From positions 27,489 to 91,488 of the forward strand of contig JAUCBJ010003156.1 in the NCBI GenBank assembly GCA_032718475.1: a DNA stretch of 64,000 bases. Direction: 5' to 3'. The translations under genes were made by a program, and so were the position numbers. The notes under the pieces were generated by a model. It ran no database searches and had not been told where the DNA came from. It saw only the letters and a list, made by a program, of their open reading frames with translations. This stretch comes from Nemertoderma westbladi (lineage: Eukaryota > Animalia > Xenacoelomorpha). Positions within the stretch are counted from its first letter, which is position 1. Every line of letters begins with the position of its first letter. This document shows positions 54,107 to 64,000 of this stretch, piece after piece.

Positions 54107-56760
54107 TATCTCGGGATCCCGAGTTACTATCTCGGGATCCCGAGTTACTATCTCGGGATCCCGACTAATTATCTCGGGATCCCGAGTTACTATCTCGGGA
54201 TCCTGAGTTACTATCTCGGGATCCCGACTAATTATCTCGGGATCTTGAGTTACTATCTCGGGATCCCGACTAATTATCTCGGGATCCCGAGTTACTATCT
54301 CGGGATCCCGACTAATTATCTCGGGATCCTGAGTTACTATCTCGGGATCCCGACTAATTATCTCGGGATCCCGAGTTACTATCTCGGGATCCCGAGTTAC
54401 TATCTCGGGATCCCGAGTTATTATCTCGGGATCCCGAGTTACTATCTCGGGATCCCGAGTTACTATCTCGGGATCCGGACTAATTATCTCGGGATCCCGA
54501 GTTACTATCTCGGGATCCCGAGTTACTATCTCGGGATCCCGACTAATTATCTCGGGATCCCGAGTTACTATCTCGGGATCCCGAGTTACTATCTCGGGAT
54601 CCCGACTAATTATCTCGGGATCCCGAGTTACTATCTCGGGATCCCGAGTTACTATCTCGGGATCCCGAGTTACTATCTCGGGATCCCGAGTTACTATCTC
54701 GGGATCCCGACTAATTATCTCGGGATCCCGAGTTACTATCTCGGGATCCCGAGTTACTATCTCGGGATCCCGACTAATTATCTCGGGATCCCGAGTTACT
54801 ATCTCGGGATCCCGAGTTACTATCTCGGGATCCCGAGTTACTATCTCGGGATCCCGAGTTACTATCTCGGGATCCTGAGTTACTATCTCGGGATCCCGAG
54901 TTACTATCTCGGGATCCCGACTAATTATCTCGGGATCCCGAGTTACTATCTCGGGATCCCGAGTTACTATCTCGGGATCCCGACTAATTATCTCGGGATC
55001 CCGAGTTACTATCTCGGGATCCCGAGTTACTATCTCGGGATCCCGAGTTACTATCTCGGGATCCCGGCTAATTATCTCGGGATCCCGAGTTACTATCTCG
55101 GGATCCCGAGTTACTATCTCGGGATCCCGAGTTACTATCTCGGGATCCCGACTAATTATCTCGGGATCCCGAGTTACTATCTCGGGATCCCGAGTTACTA
55201 TCTCGGGATCCCGAGTTACTATCTCGGGATCCCGACTAATTATCTCGGGATCCCGAGTTACTATCTCGGGATCCCGAGTTACTATCTCGGGATCCCGAGT
55301 TACTATCTCGGGATCCCGACTAATTATCTCGGGATCCCGAGTTACTATCTCGGGATCCCGAGTTACTATCTCTGGATCCCGAGTTACTATCTCGGGATCC
55401 TGAGTTACTATCTCGGGATCCCGACTAATTATCTCGGGATCCCGAGTTACTATCTCGGGATCCCGAGTTACTATCTCGGGATCCCGAGTTACTATCTCGG
55501 GATCCAGACTTATTATCTCGGGATCCCGAGTTACTATCTCGGGATCCCGAGTTACTATCTCGGGATCCCGACTAATTATCTCGGGATCCTGAGTTACTAT
55601 CTCGGGATCCCGGGTTACTATCTCGGGATCCCGAGTTACTATCTCGGGATCCAGACTTATTATCTTGGGATCCCGAGTTACTATCTCGGGATCCAGACTT
55701 ATTATCTCGGGATCCCGAGTTACTATCTCGGGGTCCCGAGTTACTATCTCGGGATCCTGAGTTACTATCTCGGGATCCCGACTAATTATCTCGGGATCCC
55801 GAGTTACTATCTCGGGATCCTGAGTTACTATCTCGGGATCCCGACTAATTATCTCGGGATCCTGAGTTACTATCTCGGGATCCCGAGTTACTATCTCGGG
55901 ATCCCGAGTTACTATCTCGGGATCCCGAGTTACTATCTCTGGATCCCGAGTTACTATCTCGGGATCCTGAGTTACTATCTCGGGATCCCGACTAATTATC
56001 TCGGGATCCCGAGTTACTATCTCGGGATCCTGAGTTACTATCTCGGGATCCCGACTAATTATCTCGGGATCCCGAGTTACTATCTCGGGATCCCGAGTTA
56101 CTATCTCGGGATCCCGAGTTACTATCTCGGGATCCTGAGTTACTATCTCGGGATCCCGACTAATTATCTCGGGATCCCGAGTTACTATCTCGGGATCCTG
56201 AGTTACTATCTCGGGATCCCGACTAATTATCTCGGGATCCCGAGTTACTATCTCGGGATCCCGAGTTACTATCTCGGGATCCCGAGTTACTATCTCGGGA
56301 TCCCGAGTTACTATCTCGGGATCCTGAGTTACTATCTCGGGATCCCGACTATTTATCTCGGGATCCCGAGTTACTATCTCGGGATCCCGACTAATTATCT
56401 CGGGATCCCGAGTTACTATCTCGGGATCCCGAGTTACTATCTCGGGATCCCGAGTTACTATCTCGGGATCCCGAGTTACTATCTCGGGATCCCGAGTTAC
56501 TATCTCGGGATCCCGAGTTACTATCTCGGGATCCCGAGTTACTATCTCGGGATCCCGAGTTACTATCTCGGGATCCCGAGTTACTATCTCGGGATCCCGA
56601 GTTACTATCTCGGGATCCCGAGTTACTATCTCGGGATCCTGAGTTACTATCTCGGGATCCCGACTAATTATCTCGGGATCCTGAGTTACTATCTCGGGAT
56701 CCCGAGTTACTATCTCGGGATCCCGAGTTACTATCTCGGGATCCCGACTTATTATCTCGG
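54107..56760. repeat. 21-bp palindromic satellite, ~126 copies
   Basis: TATCTCGGGATCCCGAGTTAC, whose core CTCGGGATCCCGAG is a perfect 14-bp palindrome (BamHI site); variant ...CCCGACTAAT. Confidence 0.99.
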
Positions 56761-57273
56761 TATACTCTCCCTTTCAACCAGCTATTTAAAAGAAGTAGAA
56801 AGATTACGCCGATATTTCTAGCTGTATATATCGTTTCTGCACATGTAACTCAACTCATTGGCTGACAAACTACTAAGTTACTCCAAACTCACAGCAATCT
56901 CCTAGCTATAGTGACCAATGAGCTTCAATTCTTAACAAACCTGGCCTTCTAAATCTCTTGAAATTTTATTTTATGTCAAACGTTAAATGTGCAGAATTTT
57001 TAATTGGGTTTTTTTTAGTTCTAGTAGTTCTTATAATATTCACAGCATTAAATTAATAAATATTTTAAATATTTTATATAGGGTCAAGTGTTGATTATAA
57101 AAAATAAAATAAAATAAAAAATTAAGTTAAATTAAATTAATTAAAAAATTATATTTTGGTAAAGTGATACCTTTTCTCATGATAATCTATAGCGGTAAAA
57201 CGCATGGTTTTTAAAATGATTGCTACACTTTTTCGCTTCCTCATACAATTTGAATCTAACAGGTTAAAAAAAG

Positions 57274-58150
57274 TACGGAACCCCTAAAGTGATATGTGTT
57301 CCCTTTTTTTTCTAAGTCCGGCCCTGAGATACTAAGTCCGGGATTGAGATACTATCTCAGGCCCCGAGATACTAAGTCCGGGCCTGAGATACTATCTCAG
57401 GCCCGGAGATACTAAGTCCGGGCCTGAGACACTATCTCATGTCCGGAGATACTAAGTCCGGGCCTGAGACACTATCTCAGGCCCGGAAATACTAAGTCCG
57501 GGCCTGAGACACTATCTCAGGCCCGGAGATACTAAGTCCGGGCCTGAGACACTATCTCAGGCCCGGAGATACTAAGTCCGGGCCTGAGACACTATCTCAG
57601 GCCCGGAGATACTAAGTCCGGGCCTGAGACACTATCTCATGTCCGGAGATACTAAGTCCGGGCCTGAGACACTATCTCAGGCCCGGAGATACTAAGTCCG
57701 GGCCTGAGACACTATCTCAGGCCCGGAGATACTAAGTCCGGGCCTGAGACACTATTTCTAGCCCGGAGATACTAAGTCCGGGCCTGAGACACTATCTCAG
57801 GCCCGGAGATACTAAGTCCGGGCCTGAGACACTATTTCTAGCCCGGAGATACTAAGTCCGGGCCTGAGATATATCTCAGGCCCGGAGATATTATCCCAGG
57901 CCTGAAGTACAGACATGTTGGCGGGAACATGGAAACTGAGTATCGCATTTCAATTTGTGAGATAGGAGTAAGGTAGGGTAGGGTTGAAGTAAAATATAAA
58001 CTTCACTTTATGTTTCGCTTCTACACAGTAAGCCAGTACACCACCCCACCCCAGGTGAACCTATGTTCGGGGCGGAGATAGTATCTCCGTGTGGGACTTT
58101 AGGAGGAAAAAAAGGGGAAATCCATGTCCCTTCCCCTTCCCATGTCCGTA
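57274..58150. mobile_element. Putative non-autonomous IS3EU-like DNA transposon carrying a 40-bp tandem array
   Basis: Ends TACGGA... / ...TCCGTA with imperfect TIRs (GATATGTGTTCCCTTTTTT versus GACATGGATTTCCCCTTTTTT). Flanks T(A)7G and TAAAAG fit a 6-bp TSD with A-run slippage. TAY..RTA ends with 6-bp TSDs are, from recollection, the IS3EU pattern. Confidence 0.5.
57313..57903. repeat. 40-bp (2 x 20) hairpin-containing tandem array, ~14 copies
   Basis: GGCCTGAGACACTATCTCAGGCCCGGAGATACTAAGTCCG; 9-bp stem GGCCTGAGA-cacta-TCTCAGGCC. Confidence 0.96.
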
Positions 58151-58696
58151 TAAAAGAGATCATAGATAGTCACGTTTTCAAACCACCCTTAACCACCTTG
58201 AAACGCGCAGACTTTGTTATATTACAATTTCCTAAGTCCTAACGCGTTACTGGTAGTTACTAAGAGTGTAACGTTGTGTGACACTTACATGATCAAATCT
58301 AACATATGACCTCAATCAATGGGCCTTCCGTACTCAGTAGTGTCCAATTTCATATATTGTACAGTACTGTAGTAGATTACATAACAACAGTCCCAGTAGG
58401 CACTAGTACCACCGTCATATCAAAATCTTTACCACGATATAAAATTCGCAATATATCATATCACAACCGGATTCCGCATGGTGAATTCCACGTAATTTAA
58501 GTGAAAACCATCTTTTAAAATAAAATGCAATAAATTAATTGGCTGTAGGTTATCATGAAAATTGAGTCACAAAATAAATGATCGATGTAGTTCTGTATTT
58601 TTTATTTTATCGAATTTAAATGAAGTAATTAATATATTTGGACTTTAATTTATTTTTTTGTAGAATTGTAATAAATTTATATATTATTGTATCAGG

Positions 58697-58985
58697 ATGT
58701 TAATTACATTAGCTATCTCTGTATTCTCACTGGTACACCGCGGGTGTTCCGTTCTCAGGGAACCGGAGGATATTCCCCGGTTGCGAGACTACGCAGGCAA
58801 TGCTACAGCCTCGGCCCTACAGTGTGGACTACCGGGGTCCTTGGTACATGCTTGGTTGTGCGACCCAGACAGAGTACTTGGTGTCTCAGACACCCAACTA
58901 GCAGTTATTAACTCTATGTTATACAACATTTACACCGACACCTTCTGTACGTGCCCTATAGAGGAATTATGTAAATCCAAATCAG
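58697..58985 (+). CDS. MOLO-1-like coding exon 1
   Basis: tatcag|G ATG...AAATCAG|gtgagt; 289 nt; the acceptor just before the ATG implies an upstream non-coding exon. Confidence 0.85.
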
Positions 58986-61900
58986 GTGAGTTAAAGTCTA
59001 ATAATTAATGGGTTAATAATATTTATATAACTCCTGAGGTAGAAGAGGGTGGACATAAAGCTTTATACGGCGAGTGAGAATTGTTTTTCCGGCGGGTGTG
59101 TGACAATATTCTAACGTCTGTGTGACAGTATATGAGTTAGGCATGTCACCGTGTTACACCTACCCGCTACAGGTCGTCCACCACTTACTTTCAGTTCACT
59201 GACTTTCTGTATATAATACTGAACCGATGTAACGGTAGGCCTATGTACCCTACATACATACCCGAGCTAATCAAAGGTCACAGAATCGTAATGTCGGAAT
59301 GTCGTAAACAGTATGTTAAGATATTCTGCACAGTACATAAGCGAAACCGTATGTATACTGTCGTTACATTTTACTACAGTAGAACCATTATCATTAGGTC
59401 TACTGAATCTGTAGGCCTACATATACGGTACTATAATACGTGAAATTTGATGTTTAACATTTTACACCATGTCCCAGAATATAGTGTCGTAATGCAGTGG
59501 ACACGCCCCCCCCCCCCTCCCCCCCCCCTAATTTTTCTACAAATAGTAATGAGATTGCATGAAATTTGAAACAGAGATAGTTTCACCTCCCGACCACTCT
59601 CTGGGTGAGCCAGAATTTTTATTTTTGCTTTCAATCTTTATCTACAAGCTTTTAAAAAAAGTGTCTCCAGCGATATTACACCAGTTACACCGCAGTTATT
59701 CTTCTACCTTATAGACCAGTAGAAAGCTGGCCAAGCAAGGATTCCAAATATGTAACACGATTTGAATTTCGTTGAAAAATAGCTGAGATATGGGCGTTCA
59801 AATGTTGCATGGTTTTGCAACGACGCGAGGCTATTTTATTCTATTAATAAATAAACCATATTCTGGAACATTTTTTAAATGTATGAATAGCTACGTAATA
59901 GTATGATTAAAGATGTAATTCACTGTTGCCCAGCTACGTATTTGGATAAACAAAATATATATTACACCATGACCCGTAATATAGTGTCATTTTCTGATGA
60001 CACGGACCCCCCCCCCCCAAAAAAAAAAATTTCTACAAACCTTAATCATATTGTTTGAAATTTGAAACACAACTAGTTCAACTCACCGTGGTTGTTACCA
60101 TGAAGCCGGAATTTTCGATTTCGCCTTTAAATTTTATTTATAAGCGTTTTAAAAAAGTGTCTTTTGCGAAATCGCACCCTCTGTATCATTGCCATTCTTC
60201 ACTTTAGTCGTAATTTTTTCACATCAATAGAAAGCTTGCGTTGCAAGGATTCCAAATATGTAGCAATGTCTGAATTTCGTTGAGAAACAGCTGAGAAATA
60301 GGCATTCAAAGATTGCAATAATTATTGTTCACTGCAGGCCATTTATTCTATTTAATAAATACACAATATTCTAGAACGTTATTATTTATTTTATGAGTTG
60401 GTAGGCAACAGCGGTATGCCTATACAATATCTATATTGCCTAGCTAATCATACATAAACAAATTGATCCAGAATATTGTGTATTTATTAAATAGAATAAA
60501 TGGCCTGCAGTGAACAATAATTATTGCAATCTTTGAATGCCTATTTCTCAGCTGTTTCTCAACGAAATTCAGACATTGTTACATATTTGGAATCCTTGCA
60601 ACGCAAGCGTTCTATTGATGTGAAAAAATTACGACTAAAGTGAAGAATGGCAATGATACAGAGGGTCTGATTTCGCAAAAGACACTTTTTTAAAACGCTT
60701 ATAAATAAAATTTGAAGGCGAAATCGAAAATTCCGGCTTCATGGTAACAACCACGGTGAGTTGAACTAATTGTGTTTCAAATTTCAAACAATATGATAAA
60801 GATTTGTAGAAAAATTTGGGGGGGGGGGGGGTCCGTGTCATCAGAAAATGACACTATATTACGGGTCATGGTGTATATTAATACTATTCTTATATTAGTT
60901 TTACTGCAAATTATGTACGTTTTATTGCTCCAAAATGGTTTGGATTAAAGAAACAATGTTCATAAACAAAATATTCCAGATTATGATGCATTTATTTAAT
61001 AGAATAAAATAGCCTCGCGCAGGTGCATAACCATGCAACACTTGAACGCCCATATCTCAGCTATTTTTCAACGAAATTCAAATTGTGTTACATATTTGAA
61101 ATCCTTGCAGGGCCAGCTTTCCATTGGTTCCAACAAACAGCTATTAGGTAGAAGAATAACTGCGGTGTAACTGGTGTAATATCGCTGGAGACACTTTTTT
61201 AAACGCTTGTAGCTAAAAATTGAAAGCAAAAATAAAAATTCTGGCTCACCCAGTCAGTGGTCGGGAGGTGGAACTATCTCTGTTTCAAATTTCATGGAAT
61301 CTCATTACGATTTGTAGAAAAATTAGGGGGGGGGGGGGGCGTGTCTCTGAATTACGACACTATATTCTGGGACATGGTGTAATTTTGTAAGTATTTCTAG
61401 AGTTCTATTTAATAAGTTACACACTCCACTATTATTTGCTAAAATTGCTACACTATAAGTCTTGATTGCGTTGTTTTTATTCCAGGTAAGAAACATGGTT
61501 ACATAATGGCTGTGGTTATGGTTGAAACAATGGATGTTCGCCAATTAAGCGCCACCGCTGACCCTTACGACGCCGCGCAAGTGTTTGCAGATGTTTTGCG
61601 AACTCAAGAGTGGCGACTTGGTAAATGCAACGACGATGTTGTTCTGTTTATAGAAAAGGAGTCGGGAATTTATACCATGTCGGTTGGGAGTCAAGTGAAG
61701 CTCGTGAGTATTAGGGCTTATTACTATATTATACAGTACTAGGGCCTATACTATAGGCCCCTATACAGTAGCCACTTAATAATATATAAATAAGCCTATA
61801 CTATACAACTCCAATACAACTATACCCGAGAAAAAATTAGATAAGTAATAATATAAAGCAAACCTTTGCATTTCAATAATATTGCGAAATATAATAGGCC

Positions 61901-63447
61901 GATACTGTGTGGTCTGAATAAAAACAAGTTAACACTTGCGAGTTAACACTTCTATGAAAAATAAAGTGATGAGTGAACTCTTAAAATTCGCTTGAATAAA
62001 GGAAAACTTCACTTTTACTTATATTTCACTTTTCACTTCAGCCAATCGTCTGTAATTCTAAATGTATTGCTTCGTTAATTGGTTGGATTTGAACGGAAAT
62101 TATTGTTTCTAGGATATTTTCACAACAATCCCAAACTTGTTCAATTTCGGTCTTTTTAATTAAAGATTCTAGAACAAAAGCAGTTTTTGACATTTATTAA
62201 TGTTCAAGAACATCACGTAGCTAAAAAATGCATCGAATAGCTAGTATTTTTTGATTAGCTAGTTTTTTTAAAACAAAAAAATTTGCAGATATTTATTACG
62301 GAAAAATGTTCAACACATTTTACGGTGTGGGATATAAATTTATCCAAGGTGGCTAGGATTTTTAAAAGTCAATCTGACTTATTTGACTTGTCGATCTAAC
62401 TTATCTCCCTCGCTGCGCTCGGTCGGTAAATAACAGATATCTGGACGAACGGTAAATAAAGCATTTATTATTTACCGTACAATATATAATTATTAACTAT
62501 TCCTCGAAAATGGAGACTATAAAATCGGAAAAAAATGTTCTCTCTTTTTGTAAAACAAATAGTTATTTTAGTTTATTTTAAAAACTGTGTATTTAAATGA
62601 AAAAAATGTATATGTGTATTTAAAACCCATTCTACAGTAGACTGACCACTTTCATAAAATTTCAATTCAACCCAATTCCCCAACGGTGCGGTGGCAGGAA
62701 GTAAGTGGAAAACATTCACCCACCCCACAGATTTATTTTTGAGCTTACTTGTGTAGAATTCCCTATTATGAAGTGTTCACTTTAAACAGTAGTAAATACT
62801 TGCGTTTGATTAAAATCAACCAGCAAACAAAACAACTCTTCACTTCATTCTACACTTCACGTCCTTTTTATTTAAGCAAAATAAGTGTTTGCAAGTGTTT
62901 AATTGAAATGAAAGTACTTAATTGAAATGAAAGTGTTTACTTGAAATGAAAGTGTTTAATTGAAATGAAAGTGTTTACTTGAAATGAAAGTGTTTACTTG
63001 AAATGAAAGTGTTTACTTGAAATGAAAGTGTTTACTTGAAATGAAAGTGTTTACTTGAAATGAAAGTGTTTACTTGAAATGAAAGTGTTTTCTTGAAATT
63101 AAAGTGTTTACTTGAAATTAAAGTGTTTACTTGAAATGAAAGTGTTTACTTGAAAGGAAAGTGTTTACTTGAAATTAAAGTGTTTACTTGAAATTAAAGT
63201 GTTTACTTGAAATTAAAGTGTTTACTTGAAAATAAAGTGTTTACTTGTTTTTATTGAAACCACCCATTAAATTGTTAATATAATTTCATATAATAAATTC
63301 CAGGTCCTCACCGATTGCATCTCTCAGTTTATTTTGGACGACGCGAGACATTTTATGGAAAAGAAGGAATACGACCCCGGACTACGAAAGATTATATTGG
63401 CAACACGAAATGCATTAATTGGGAAACCATCCAGCCAATCAGCACAT
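58697..63447 (+). CDS. MOLO-1-like (TPM-domain) secreted/membrane protein, 5' part; join(58697-58985, 61486-61703, 63304-63447), probably continuing beyond the window
   Basis: Hydrophobic signal-like N-terminus MLITLAISVFSLV; CG...AWLCDPDRVL; GYIMAVVMVETM; FADVLRTQEWRLGKCNDDVVLFI; VLTDCISQFILDDARHFMEKKEYDPGL. These match the MOLO1/TPM pattern. Introns are GT-AG with consistent phases (1,0). Confidence 0.82.
59465..61379. mobile_element. Outer MITE (TA TSD, Tc1/mariner-like), ~410-bp TIRs
   Basis: TA|CACCATGTCCCAGAATATAGTGTC ... GACACTATATTCTGGGACATGGTG|TA; arms ~59465-59875 and ~60968-61379 are reverse complements. Confidence 0.9.
59965..60873. mobile_element. Inner MITE of a related family (TA TSD), ~410-bp TIRs, nested in the centre of the outer MITE
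   Basis: TA|CACCATGACCCGTAATATAGTGTC ... GACACTATATTACGGGTCATGGTG|TA; arms ~59965-60375 and ~60467-60873. Confidence 0.92.
61486..61703 (+). CDS. MOLO-1-like coding exon 2
   Basis: ttccag|GTAAGAAAC...AAGCTC|gtgagt; 218 nt, in frame with exon 1. Confidence 0.85.
62883..63247. repeat. 19-bp minisatellite (AAGTGTTTACTTGAAATGA)n, ~19 copies, intronic
   Basis: Period 19 (62931/62950); ends ~55 bp before the exon 3 acceptor. Confidence 0.96.
63304..63447 (+). CDS. MOLO-1-like coding exon 3
   Basis: ttccag|GTCCTC...GCACAT|gtatgt; 144 nt; if unspliced it reads VCQ* to 63459. Confidence 0.75.
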
Positions 63448-64000
63448 GTATGTCAGTAATTGGTAAAAATTATAACCAATCAGCACCTTGCTAGCACTAA
63501 CTAGCCGACTGCACCGGTGGTGCGAGCAACAGCAAACGCTAAAATTTCTGACTATGTGGTTTCATTTTTTGGGTATAGATCTATTCTAATATGCACGAAA
63601 TATATACCCCTTATTAGAGGCTGTTTATTGTATTTTTATACGAATATAATTTAGAGTTATGTGCGTAAACGTAATAGGACAACAGTAGTTATAGGTTGAA
63701 TATGAAATAATGTTTGTGTTTATGTTAGAATGCGCGGTATTACATCACTTGCTATAATGAATACTGTAATATTATTAAACTATACTGTAGAGTTGGCCTA
63801 CACCCTACAGCCCTAAATGGGATATGTGGAATTTCTACAGATCCCTTTTGTTGGGTTGACCTACTGTATAATAGCAGTAACGGTAGCAAAGCTATAGTAG
63901 TTTTAGTCAGTAGCTGTAATTTAATTAAATTAAGCTAAAAGCATTAGTTGTATTTCGCATATACACAATTTAATTAGGAGTTTTTTTGCAAAGTCTTTTG

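Noticed and set aside
54083-56821. 912-aa (YLGIPSY)n ORF
   Set aside because: It is the translation of a 21-bp palindromic satellite whose unit is divisible by 3. The start codon lies in the adjacent 31-bp array, there is no signal peptide, and there is almost no synonymous variation between units.

Overview
AT-rich eukaryotic (metazoan, probably invertebrate) genomic DNA. About two thirds of the window (~42 kb) is tandem repeat: at least 13 different arrays, with units of 68, 47, 16, 21, 18/17, 31, 10, 37, 14, 31, 21, 40 and 19 bp. Three genes can be read between the arrays. (1) An intronless, relatively GC-rich Gfo/Idh/MocA NAD(P)-dependent oxidoreductase (- strand, 17219-18386) with one frameshift, wedged between a 12.9-kb and an 8-kb satellite. 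(2) A complete 6-coding-exon LRRC72-like leucine-rich-repeat gene (- strand, 33777-39990, 272 aa) with an RFX X-box upstream. (3) The first three coding exons of a MOLO-1-like/TPM-domain gene (+ strand, 58697-63447), probably continuing past the window. Mobile DNA includes two decayed RTE-like LINE copies, an L2/Crack-like LINE 3' fragment, two nested TA-flanked MITEs forming a 1.9-kb foldback, and two non-autonomous DNA transposons (MULE-like, IS3EU-like) carrying tandem arrays. Most notable: unrelated 164-177-bp inserts flanked by 12-14-bp duplications, a candidate recursive splice site, an intron whose donor site is amplified as a tandem repeat, and the frameshifted oxidoreductase island. 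Long repetitive ORFs are satellite artefacts. No CRISPR array, rRNA or intact tRNA was seen. Family assignments are by motif recognition only; no searches were run.
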